A stretch of DNA of 61,611 bases from a virus (taxonomy: Duplodnaviria > Caudoviricetes). Both the position numbers and the translations under genes were made by a program. This document shows positions 18,569-29,700 of the stretch, in pieces (positions within the stretch are counted from its first letter, which is position 1; every line of letters begins with the position of its first letter). The stretch is taken from positions 1 to 61,611 of the IMG/VR virus record IMGVR_UViG_3300032216_000320. One strand, given 5' to 3'. Under the pieces are notes generated by a model. It had not been told where the DNA came from and did no database searches. It was given only the letters and a program-made list of their open reading frames with translations.

Positions 18569-21130
18569 ATGAGCCTTCACGTACTAGCCGAGCACATGGC
18601 ATCCAAAGGTCGCAACGGCGATTCGATGCTTGTCCATATGACCCCCGGAGAAGTCGCTGGACTTCATGCCCTTGCTGTTAAACATGGCGGGCAACTGACC
18701 ATTAACCCAGATACGGGTTTACCCGAAGCTAACTTCCTTAAGTCTATTTTGCCAATGTTGGCAGGTCTTGCTCTTGGCCCCGCCGGTTTGGGTTTGACTA
18801 TTGGTGGTTTATCAAGCGCGGCTACCGCGGGCTTGCTGGTTGGTGGTGTTACTGGATTGGCTACGGGCAGTCTGTCCAAAGGCTTGATGGCTGGTTTGGG
18901 TGCGTATGGTGGCGCAGGTATTGGCGAAGGATTGGTAAATTTAGGTAGTACCGGTTTTAGCCCCGAAACCCTTGCGCAAGCCAATAAATCTGTAGACCCA
19001 ATTGCTGCACTTAGCGAAGCACCTAAACAGGCAATTCCTACGGGGTTTGAAGCTGCTAAAGCTGGTTTGACTACTGCCTTAGATGATCCTAAAGCGTTGT
19101 TAAATCAAATGGGTGGCGCAAAAGGCGCACTTACTACCGTAGGTATGGCGGCAGCCCCTATCCTTGCTGACCAGATGGTTCCAACAACCACCAAAGCTCC
19201 TGCACCCATGAACCCCGGAATGATTCGCCAAAAGATTTGGGATGGCCGTCAGTTTGTGGACGTTGGCCCTGTTGCGGCTGACCAGTTTGGTAACAAAAGT
19301 TTCTCTGATGTTTTTAAAGGTTATAGCGCCAAAGATGGCGGTATCGTTGCTTTAGCGGATGGTGGTGCGGTGCGTATGGCTGATGGTGGTTATACACAAG
19401 ATCAAATCAATGCCGCCCTTGCAAGCGAAATGGCTGCGCGCCCCGGTACTTCTCAGGCTGACTTGGCCAACTATGCTAAGTCCCAGTACGGTTTGACAGA
19501 CGCACAAATTAACGCTGCATACGCCGCGCAACAACCCCCTGCCCAAGCGCAAACCGCAGCCCCAGTTGATTACAATAAATTGGCAACGCAGTATGTAGCA
19601 GGAGCAATGGGGCCAGACGAAACAACAAACCAATTTATCTCTGGTGCAAACACTGCCGGTATTGGTTTGACTCAACCTTTGGCCACTGCTTTGCAAAATT
19701 CAGGTTTGTCTGCTGGTGCTCAGTATGCACTGACTCACGCTGACATTGGCCCTTCTTCTAACGCTGCCGAAACTTATGGTGGTTTAAAGGGTTTGAGCAA
19801 CAACATCAATTATGCGCTTAGCCAATACAACGCAGACCCTACCAATAAACTTAAAACTGCTGACCAAAAACGGGCAGAAGCAAGGGCGGCGCTGGGTAAA
19901 GATTTGACTGAAGCTGATGTTATTCGTGCAACAGGTAAAACAATCAACGAGTTGTTCCCCAAGACAACTACAGTAACGCCAACAGGTGTATACGGTGAAT
20001 ACGGCAACAACACAGGCAATCCTTTGACGTCAACTTCTGGCGACATTGGTATGAATCCTGACGGCACAGTGACTGTAACGCCTAATATTCCCGGTCGCCC
20101 CCAAGGTGGATTTACGGGCATGGGCCAAGTTAAAAATGCTTACACTGCTGGCGGTGGTAGTTTGGGTTACATTCCATACGCACCTAAAACGATTGACGAG
20201 TTCAACGCCAAATACGCTGACCGTATGAGTGGTGATTCCAAAGCCGCTTATGATTACCTTACAGGTAAAGCCGGTGCCGCATACCCTGTTAAATCCACAG
20301 TGGGTCAGATTTCTCGCCCATACGATGAGGCAGTTTTGGGCTACCCTGCACGGGGCAACTTGCCATACATATATGACAAAGCCACCGGTAAAATGGTGCG
20401 TAACATGGACTACATAGCGCCAGCCCGTGATTCAAGCGGTAACGTGGTGTACGGTATGTCGCTGAACGACGTTAAGAAATATTTAACTGATTCACCATTG
20501 TCAGGCCAAGCCTTGTACGACTGGGCTAAAACAAACAACTTGTCTGCCCAACAGATTGCAGATGCCACAGGTCAATCTCTGTCACAGGTGTATGCGCAAT
20601 TCCGCGCAGGTCAGCAGGCTGCGACAGCCACTGATAAAAAGAAAGCCGATGAAGCTGCTGCAACAGCCGCGGCAGCTAACGTTTCTCAAGATGGTGGTAC
20701 GAGTGGGGGCGTTAGTGCTAGCTCTGGCGATAGTTCGGGCGACAGTGGCGATGGTGGAGATGGAGGCACTTCCGCTAAACGCGGTGGATTGCAACTTGCG
20801 TACGCTATGGGTGGCATGTCTTACTCTGGCGGTGGCCTTGGCACATTGGGTGGTTACTCTGACGGTGGCCGTTTGCTCAAAGGCCCCGGTGATGGCGTGT
20901 CCGATTCCATACCCGCAACGATTGGCGCTAAGCAACAACCCGCACGCCTTGCCGATGGTGAGTTTGTAGTGCCTGCGCGTATTGTATCTGAGTTGGGTAA
21001 CGGCTCAACAGATGCAGGTGCTAAGAAGCTTTACGCCATGATGGATCGCGTGCAACGTGCGCGGGGTAAAACCACAGGCAAAAACAAAGTTGCGGCCAAT
21101 ACCCGCGCTGACAAATATCTTCCCGCTTAA
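18569..21130 (+). CDS. Internal virion / DNA ejection protein (853 aa)
   Basis: GRNGDSMLVH...INPDTGLPE N-terminus; glycine-zipper TM segment; GPGDGVSDSIPA...DGEFVVP C-terminus. Confidence 0.75.
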   Translation: MSLHVLAEHMASKGRNGDSMLVHMTPGEVAGLHALAVKHGGQLTINPDTGLPEANFLKSILPMLAGLALGPAGLGLTIGGLSSAATAGLLVGGVTGLATGSLSKGLMAGLGAYGGAGIGEGLVNLGSTGFSPETLAQANKSVDPIAALSEAPKQAIPTGFEAAKAGLTTALDDPKALLNQMGGAKGALTTVGMAAAPILADQMVPTTTKAPAPMNPGMIRQKIWDGRQFVDVGPVAADQFGNKSFSDVFKGYSAKDGGIVALADGGAVRMADGGYTQDQINAALASEMAARPGTSQADLANYAKSQYGLTDAQINAAYAAQQPPAQAQTAAPVDYNKLATQYVAGAMGPDETTNQFISGANTAGIGLTQPLATALQNSGLSAGAQYALTHADIGPSSNAAETYGGLKGLSNNINYALSQYNADPTNKLKTADQKRAEARAALGKDLTEADVIRATGKTINELFPKTTTVTPTGVYGEYGNNTGNPLTSTSGDIGMNPDGTVTVTPNIPGRPQGGFTGMGQVKNAYTAGGGSLGYIPYAPKTIDEFNAKYADRMSGDSKAAYDYLTGKAGAAYPVKSTVGQISRPYDEAVLGYPARGNLPYIYDKATGKMVRNMDYIAPARDSSGNVVYGMSLNDVKKYLTDSPLSGQALYDWAKTNNLSAQQIADATGQSLSQVYAQFRAGQQAATATDKKKADEAAATAAAANVSQDGGTSGGVSASSGDSSGDSGDGGDGGTSAKRGGLQLAYAMGGMSYSGGGLGTLGGYSDGGRLLKGPGDGVSDSIPATIGAKQQPARLADGEFVVPARIVSELGNGSTDAGAKKLYAMMDRVQRARGKTTGKNKVAANTRADKYLPA

Positions 21131-21140
21131 GGAATAGATC

Positions 21141-22136
21141 ATGGCTGATCCACAAATTTCGCAGATAACGCAGTCGCAAACCACAATCCCCGACTATGCA
21201 AAACCGTACGTTGAGAATTTATTAGGGCAAGCGCAAGCCTATACTGACCCTTCTCAAAACCCCTATCAGCAGTATATGGGGGAGCGTCAGGCGCAGTTCT
21301 CGCCTTTGCAGCAAATGTCTTACGACAATGCGGCGTTGATGCAGTCTCAACCCCAGTTGCAAGATGCCTCGGCTTTAGCGGGCATGGCTGGTCTGGGGGC
21401 ACTCAATACACAATATACCTTCCGCCCCGCTAACTTCTCCTCTGCTGATGCTCAGAGTTTGATGAACCCCTACATGCAGAATGTGGTGGAACGTCAGCAA
21501 CAGGATGCAACACGCCAAGCCGCTATCGCTGCCCAAGCTCAAGGTGCGCAAGCTGCACGCGCAGGCGCGTTTGGTGGAAGCGGTGACTATCTCATGCGTG
21601 CACAAGCCGCAGGTAATCTGGCACGTCAAAAAGGCGACATCCAAGCTACAGGGTTGAACAATGCGTATGGCCAAGCTCTACAGCAATACAACACCCAGAA
21701 CCAACTGAACGCTCAGCAACAACAGTTTGGCGCGGGTCTGGGATTGCAAGGTTTACAAACAGCCAACACTGCCGCGCAGAATTTGGCCAACATTGGTCAG
21801 ACGCAGTACGGTCAGAACATGGGCATCAATCAGTTGCAGAACCAGTACGGCTTGCAGCAACAGCAGCAACAGCAAAACATTCTGAACAATCAGTATCAGG
21901 ATTTCCTGAACTACCAGAACTCACCATATAAGCAGATGGGCTTCATGTCCGACATCTTGCGTGGCTTGCCTTTGACTCAGCAGTCTTCGACCATGTACCA
22001 GACTCCCCCTTCATTGGGTTCGCAGTTGGTTGGTGCAGGTACGTTGGCGGCAGGTGTTGCACTCAAAGCTAAAGGTGGTTCGATTAAAGAGAAGCCCGCT
22101 GGTCTGGCTGATCTGGCTTTATCCAAAATGGCGTAA
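21141..22136 (+). CDS. Gln-rich DNA transfer/ejection protein
   Basis: MNPY, GAFGGS and poly-Q coiled segments. Confidence 0.75.
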   Translation: MADPQISQITQSQTTIPDYAKPYVENLLGQAQAYTDPSQNPYQQYMGERQAQFSPLQQMSYDNAALMQSQPQLQDASALAGMAGLGALNTQYTFRPANFSSADAQSLMNPYMQNVVERQQQDATRQAAIAAQAQGAQAARAGAFGGSGDYLMRAQAAGNLARQKGDIQATGLNNAYGQALQQYNTQNQLNAQQQQFGAGLGLQGLQTANTAAQNLANIGQTQYGQNMGINQLQNQYGLQQQQQQQNILNNQYQDFLNYQNSPYKQMGFMSDILRGLPLTQQSSTMYQTPPSLGSQLVGAGTLAAGVALKAKGGSIKEKPAGLADLALSKMA

Positions 22137-22145
22137 GGAAGTAAC

Positions 22146-23786
22146 ATGGCGATCGATCAAAGAAACATCTCCGCTGAACTGCGCATGATGAATGACCAGC
22201 AATTGCAGCAATACGCTGCGATGCACAAAGCCGACCCTTACATTTTCCCTTTGGCTTTCCAAGAGAGCCAGAACCGTCAAGCATTGCGTGCAGGGAAAAC
22301 TGCACAGATGGCTGGTATGGAACAGCCCAAGGTGGCGGATGCCGCACTGATGGCAATGACGCCAACAGCAGCCCCTGAAATGCAGGGCATCGGCAAGCTA
22401 CCTGCTCCCAATATGCAACACATGGCTGACGGCGGTATCGCAGGGTTTGACGAAAGCACTAACTCACCCATGTCCCGCGAAAACTTAGATGGTATGGGCA
22501 ACACGGGTGGTATGTTCAACTACGCCCAAGATGGTGGCGGCGTTATGCGCATGGCAGCGGGTGGACACATTCCACGTTACGGTGGCCCCACAGATGGTGA
22601 AGACCCCGATCAAGTTGTGTCTGATGATAATAGGTCTTTTATTGAAAAACTGTTGTATTCAAATCTTACCCCCGCAGAACGGGCGCGTAAGAAATCATTG
22701 GAAGACCAAGCAGAAGGCAGGCGCACTACTAAAACTTCTCTTAACGCGGAACGCGACCGCAATATGGCAGAAGTTAACCGTAGTAACCCTAACAAAACCC
22801 AAGAAACACTGGAGCGTGTGGGACTTGCTACTCGCCAAAACCAACCTACTCAACAAGTAGTTGGACAGCCAGCCACCCCTGCTAATCCACCGAGCGTTAA
22901 GGTTCCTAGCGTGGGCACAAACAAACCCGCGCCTGCGCCTGCGCCTGCGGCACCTACCGAAACCGCCGCTACTACTGTAGGTACACCCGCGTACACACCA
23001 AGCAACCCTGAAGACATCCGCAGAACCGCCGACACAATGGCCAAGCCTGAGTTGGAAGAAATCCAAAATGCTTATAAGCCATACGCCGAGCAGTTTGGTC
23101 AGGAACGCACTCGTCTTGCAGAACGCGAAAAAGGCAACCTCAGTGATGCATTAATCCGCGCAGGTTTGGGCATGATTGGCGGCAGGTCACAGTTTGCCGG
23201 AGTTAACATTGGCGAAGGTGGTATCCAAGGTCTAAATGCTTACCAAGAAGCGCAGAAGGCCGATGATGCCGCACGTAAAGCTTTGATGCAGTCTGAGATG
23301 CAAATGGCTGCTGCGCAACGCGCTGAACGTACAGGTGCCCGTAGAGATGCCGTGTCTTTGACGCATCAAGCAGAACAGTCTAAGCAGGTGGCCGTACAGT
23401 TGGCAAACCAATCTCAGCAGATTAAAAATACCGAAGCGTTCCAACAAGGCCAGCTCGAACATTACAAACGCGCTGATGCTGCCGCTATGCTAGCTGCCCA
23501 AAACCGTGGTTTGGGCGCAAACGCTAACGAGAACAAGTTAATTTTGAACGCTTTGGTTAAAGAGCGTGACGATATTGCTAAACAACTTGATCCAAAAGCC
23601 AACCCCTTTATTCATCTGTCTAAAAATGCGGAAGAAAAGGCACGTTTGGTCGCACGTCGAAATCAGTTAAACGCAGCTATTGCAGGGATGACGCCAGAAG
23701 GTACAATCCCATCTGGGCTAACGCTCGCAGGCTCCCCCACTGGAAGTGGTGGCGGGGATAAAGTTATAGATTTCAATAAGATATAG
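22146..23786 (+). CDS. Internal virion / ejection protein (546 aa)
   Basis: MADGG motifs, helical, position in the ejection cluster. Confidence 0.7.
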   Translation: MAIDQRNISAELRMMNDQQLQQYAAMHKADPYIFPLAFQESQNRQALRAGKTAQMAGMEQPKVADAALMAMTPTAAPEMQGIGKLPAPNMQHMADGGIAGFDESTNSPMSRENLDGMGNTGGMFNYAQDGGGVMRMAAGGHIPRYGGPTDGEDPDQVVSDDNRSFIEKLLYSNLTPAERARKKSLEDQAEGRRTTKTSLNAERDRNMAEVNRSNPNKTQETLERVGLATRQNQPTQQVVGQPATPANPPSVKVPSVGTNKPAPAPAPAAPTETAATTVGTPAYTPSNPEDIRRTADTMAKPELEEIQNAYKPYAEQFGQERTRLAEREKGNLSDALIRAGLGMIGGRSQFAGVNIGEGGIQGLNAYQEAQKADDAARKALMQSEMQMAAAQRAERTGARRDAVSLTHQAEQSKQVAVQLANQSQQIKNTEAFQQGQLEHYKRADAAAMLAAQNRGLGANANENKLILNALVKERDDIAKQLDPKANPFIHLSKNAEEKARLVARRNQLNAAIAGMTPEGTIPSGLTLAGSPTGSGGGDKVIDFNKI

Positions 23787-23790
23787 CATC

Positions 23791-26700
23791 ATGGCATATT
23801 CGATTCGCCTCCCAGACGGAACCCTTGTACAGAACATACCTGACGAAGTAACCCCGGAGGCGGCGAAAGCTAAGATTCTTCAAGCCCGTCCTGACCTTGC
23901 CCCCAAAGAGCGTTCACTGACTGAGGCTGCAACCGATATAGGCGCTAGTGCCATATCGGGGCTTGGCAGTTTGGTGCAGCTACCCGGCCAACTGTATGGG
24001 TTGGCCACCGGTAATATGGAAAAGACCGGTACATTGGGGCTTGGGGAAAACATTCAGAAGTACGGCGAAGAAATGAAATCCGCGGGTTTAAAAGCCCGTG
24101 AAGCCGCCCGCGCACGTAATGTGCAAGAAGCCGAAAAGCGTGGCCAAGGCGCTGCGTTTGTAACATCTTTTGCCGAAACCCTCAAAGACCCTGCCCTGCT
24201 TACATCGTTCCTTGCTGAGCAGGTGCCACAGCTTCTAGTACCCGGAGCCGGTGCTGGTATTGCAGGGCGTGCAGCCCTCAAGCGTGGTATTGCCGCGGGG
24301 GTTGAAGAAGCTGCCGCTAAAGAAGCCGCTGTTCAAGCAGGCACACGTGCCGCTATTGGTGTAGGTGCAGTGCAACAAGGCGCTGATGTTGGTTCACAAG
24401 CTTATGAAGATATTTACAAGAAGCTTATCAAGGATGGTAAGCCTGCGCCTGAAGCTGCGGGTATTGCTCTCAACCTAGCCCGTGCCGCTGGTGTATCAGG
24501 TGCAGTCATATCTTTGTTGGCGCAACGCCTCCCCGGTGCAAAAGCTTTGGAAGAAGCTCTGGCTGGTAAGAAGGGTGTGGCCGGTGTATTGGCTGGCGCT
24601 GGTAAAGGCGCGCTGGGTGAAGCCTTAAGCGAATCCGTAGAAGAAGGTGGTGGTAAGTTCACACAGAACTTGGCCATGCGTGAAGTTGATCCTACTCAAG
24701 CATTGATGCAAGGCGTTGGCGCAACCGCTGGTCAGGCGGCTGTTGGTGGTGTTGGTATGGGCGGCGGTGCGGGTGCTATCAGTGGCCTGCGTGGAGGCGA
24801 AGCTCCTACGGTACAACAAATACCCGGGCAGCCAACTTTTACAGAAGCCCAAGCACAGGCCGCACGTGAAGCACGCGCCCGTGAACAAATGGGTGTCAAG
24901 CAAGGCCGTGAAGCCCGTGAGGGTGAAAAGTTAATTGATGCAGAAGCTAAAGCGCAAGCCGCCCAAGAGCAGGCTGTCCGCGTACAGGCTGAGCAACAAG
25001 CCGCCCAAGAACTACAAGCATTACGTAACCAACGCCAAGCTGAACTGGAGCAAGCGTTCCCCAAAGATTACAGCGATGTAATGCAGAGAACCAACTCGTA
25101 TGCAGAGTTGTATCAAGAAAAGCAAGCTCTGCTGGGGCAGACAAAAACTAAAGAAGTAAAAGCACGTCTTAAAACCCTTGATGGTTTGATGGAAAGCATC
25201 GTTGAAGAAGACAACCGTGTGCCTAACGAGTTTGCACGGATGCAAAAGGAAAACGCCAAGGTCATCAAGAAGTTACCCAAAGAATTGCAAGCCAAGTATG
25301 CGGCTACTGCGTTCACTGTGCCAGAGCCACAGCAGATGGAGATGCGTGCGTTTATTGACCAACCACCACCCATACAACAAACTAATTTATTGGGTCAGCC
25401 AATTGAGCAAGAAGCGCCTGCACCAGCCGAGCCTGAGTTTAAAACTGTAAAAACACGAGAAGAAGCGCAAGCTGCCTTGGATGCGCAGAACAGACGCAAA
25501 GCACGCGCTGGGCAAGCCGAACGCAACGCCGCCAAAGATGCAGGCCAACTTGGTTTGTTTACGCGGGTTGGTACACCAACCGAACAAGCCGCCGTGGTGG
25601 AAGAAAAGCCACCAGTTACCGAACCTGTGGTGAGGCAGAAGCCCACTCCCGAAACAGTTGCGCCTGTCATCACAAGCGAAACGCTTGGCGTGTTGGGTAT
25701 TGGCCCCACTGCTGTGATGCGCAAGCCCGGTCATGCTATCCAAGGTCTGGACATTACCAAACCAGAAGATGCGGCTGAAGTCAGGAACATGCTGAACATC
25801 TATAAGGAAGGTCGCAGCGAAAAGATTACCCAGAAAATTGACGCGTTCCTTGCACGCCCTGAGTTCCAAGGCTTGCCAGCTCCTGCACCCAAACCAACAC
25901 CCGCACCAAAGGTTGAAGCTGCACCTACGCCAGCGCCTACCGTTGCAGAAGCACCTGCACCCACACCTATAGTGGAAGCTCCTATTGCTGAAGCGCCTGC
26001 TGTTGCGCCACCTGCTACTACACCAGAAATTAAACAACCTGCTGAGAAGCGGGCGGCTAACAAAGCGGCACAGCCATCCGCAAAGAAGGTTAAGAAAGAA
26101 GAGGCCAAAAATGAAGTTGTACAACCAACTGCTGAGCCTACTCCTGCGCCTACCCCTGCCAAAGCAGTGGAAGCACCGCCTGCTCCTACGCCTCCTAAAG
26201 TTGTAAAGAAGACTCCAAAGAAAGTTGAGGCCAAGAAAGAAGAACCCAAGGTTGAACCTAAAAAGGAAGAGCCAAAGGTTGAGCCTAAGAAAGAAGAGCC
26301 AAAGGTTGACAAGGCGCTTGAGAAGGCGCGTGAGACTGCCGATGATCTTGACCTCGATCCTGATACAACCAAAACTAAAGTCAAATCATTTGCTAAGCGT
26401 TTGCACAAGGCAGGCTTGATCGATGACATCAGTTTGAACGCGGTTGAAAGCATATCCAAAGACAAGGATATGGGTACTCAAGACTTGTTAGATGAAATTA
26501 AGTTTGCGCTTGAAGCCTACGAAGGTAAACAAAAAGAAGCACCCGCTAAGCCTGAACCCAAGGTGGAGGCCAAGCCCGAACCAAAAGTTCCGGAGCCACA
26601 AAAGGCACAGATTGAAAAGCCGTTCAAACGTTTAACAGAAGATCAGAAGCAGGAACTCGAAGAGTTCTATGGTGAGAAGCGTGACGCCGATGCCTTCTGG

Positions 26701-29700
26701 GACAAGCTACGTGCTGACGTTATAACGTCAATCAACAAAGGCTCAAAGGCCGTTGCACAAGCGATCCGTGAGATCGTCAATCAGATTGCCGCCGGTGTAC
26801 TTGCAGTTGGCTTGGTGTTTAACCCCACGGCACTGAACAATCAGTACAACATCAATCTGCCAAAGACGTTCAAAGAAACGATCTCGGTAACTGCGCCTGT
26901 ACCAGAAGCCGCTAAAGGCAAGATGTCGCCCCTTGCACAGAGCGTGTATGAGGCTATGGCACCCGTTGCCATGAAGACCGGCAAGTGGTTTATGGTTGCC
27001 GACAAGCCCAACGGCATGCTGCATATCTTCAAAGAAGATGGTTCACATTTCATATCTGACGCTACCTTGTACGGCAAAGATAAGGGCGATGTACTAGCTA
27101 ACGTATCTTCGCTTGAGGGCGGTGCAAAGATCACCCCCGCTGGTAAGTTCACACTGAAACAATCTGAAGCTGAATACGCTGGTAAAGTTGCATTGCTTTT
27201 GGTTGAATCCCAAGACTCAACAGGCTACATCGCTGTCCATGCAGCAGATGTCAGCACGCCATCTGAGCGCAGGCTCGAGCGTTTGGAAACCCCAACTTCT
27301 GCCGATAACCGCATTAGCTACGGCTGTATTAACACCAAGCACGAAACGTTCATCAACGAAATTAAACCTCATATCAATGAGCTTGACGGTGGCCTGATCT
27401 TTGTGTTGCCTGACGCAACTGAAAAGACTGCTGAAATGTTCGCGCCTGAGACAAAGGTTGTTGAACGTACAGAAGCCCCTGCCCCCACTGCCAAGACAGA
27501 AGGCGCGCGGGAAATTGCAAAAAAAGAAGAAACGCTTGCGGAAACCCAACGCCTGCAGAAACCTGCGGCTGACCTATCTTATGTGGATCGCCCTGTATCT
27601 GTTGAGGCTGACTTGCAAGCTAAGCTGCAAGAAGGCGATGTCAAAGGCGCATTGCAGGCTATCCTTAAAGCGCCCAAAGGTGTGTACAACGATCTTGACC
27701 GCGCAGTAGCACGTCGCATCTTGTTGTCTAACAAACTGCCAACCATCGAGATGGTAGCTGAAGGCGCCTTGGGTCGAGAAGGTAATAACATTGTTGCCGG
27801 TCAATACGATGCGCAAACCGATAAGATTCAGTTGGTCAATGGTTATGCTGGCGCCCACGTACTATTGCACGAGCTTGTACACGGATTCTTACACCGCGCC
27901 ATTGCCCTACAGGGCGCAGGCAAACTCAACAACGTTGGTATCCGTAACCTGCAAGAGTTGTATGAATACGTAGCTAAGGCCAATCCAAAACTGATTGACG
28001 AATACGGCATGACTAACCTCAGTGAATTTGCGTCTGAGGCAATGTCCAATAAAGCCTTCCAAGCTGCGCTGATGGCTATCCCATACCGTCGCAACAGCAA
28101 CGTGTTCACCGCGTTTGCAAACGCTGTATTGAAGGCACTTGGACTGGCAGCAGATGCTCAACACACTGCGCTTGCATCAGCCATGCTGACTATTGACAGC
28201 ATCATGACGGAAGGCCGTAAGATTCAAGAATCTTTGACAGGCACAGAAGTTGAAGGTTCACTGCCCGGTATCGCCCCCGTTATGGTAAAAGAGTTGGATG
28301 ATGCAACTCGCCAATCTATCAAAGATATTCAAGCGCAGTTCCCAGTAGGAGATCAATTAGGGGTTGGTGGTGTTGTTACACAAGCATTGAAGGGCGTGCA
28401 GTCAGCCAGAGAAAACTCTGGAATCATGAACACATTCCGTCAAGCAGTGGCTGACAAGTACGCTACGGTTGAAGCCAAAGTATCTACCATGTTCTCTCAG
28501 GGCGTGCGAGATTATTTTGGCAACATTAATCCTATGCTGTTGGCACGTCAGGCAGAAGATAGCGCCAAGGTTGTGATGGACTTCTTCCGTGCAGGTGGCG
28601 TGCGTTTGACTAAAGATGGTTTGGTGGAATCTTACAAGCAGGGTAAGTCCATGGTGACTGCGCTTCAAAAGGTTTCTGAATATGCTCGTGCAAACAACCT
28701 GTCTTACGAAGATGCAAAGAGCGAAGTGTCGACCGTATTGGAAGGCCATCGTTTGCACAATATTAACGAAGAGCACAACAAGCCCTTGGAAGCATCTGCT
28801 CTGATCCTTGAACAGCAAGGTAAGAACAAAGAAGCTGATGCTGAGCGCAAGAATAAGATTACTCTGCACATGGATCTGAAGCAGATCGCTACGCTGGAAA
28901 AGGCATACCAACAATCCGCTGGTATCAGGGAAATCCAAGACGATCTGAACGCAACTCGTACGCAGGCTGTCGACTTGATGATTGCTACAGGTCGCTTGAC
29001 TAAAGAGCAAGGTCAGTTTTGGAAAGACAACACTGCATACGTACCGTTCAGCCGCGTGTTTGAAGAAGCCGTACCTAACATGGTGTACCGTGGCAAGGGC
29101 TTGGGCGTGCTGAAAAAATTCCCGGGCATGGAAGGCTCGTTGGGCCGCCCTGTTAAAAACGTACTCGACAGCTATGCCAACCGTCTGAGTTGGATGGTAG
29201 AAGATTCCATGAAAAACCATGCAGCCGTCAAGCTGCTTGAAACGATGGAGTTGGGTGGCTTCGCACAAGAAGTGCCGACCAAAGATAAGGCCAAGAACCC
29301 CAATCTGGTCGTGAGCCTGTACCGTGACGGAAAGCCCGTGTTGTTTGAAGTGCAGAACGAATACGATCTGCTTGCCTTCCAGCAAGCACCTGAGATGATG
29401 AATGGCCTGACCAAAGCGTTGGGTGCTACATCTCGCTGGTTGCGTCTATCGATTACTGCAATGCCGCCCTTTGCAATCAAGCAGGTGATTGAAGACGCGC
29501 AACGTGCCGCTTTCTATTCTGGTGTGGAGCGCCCATTAGTTGTAGCCATGAAGACTTTATACAACATGCCCCGTGTGTTCTTTGGGGAAGTTACAGGTCG
29601 CAAGTCGCCTATGGTCAAACGCATGGAAGAACTTGGTATTGTGGGTGACTATGACTTCAACGTGTATCAGCCTGTAGGTGACATTGAAAAAGAGATTGGC

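Noticed and set aside
28402-29385. Long antisense ORFs (e.g. 327 aa here, 245 aa at 25387, 204 aa at 4954)
   Set aside because: Shadows of strongly supported opposite-strand genes, with no RBS or motifs.
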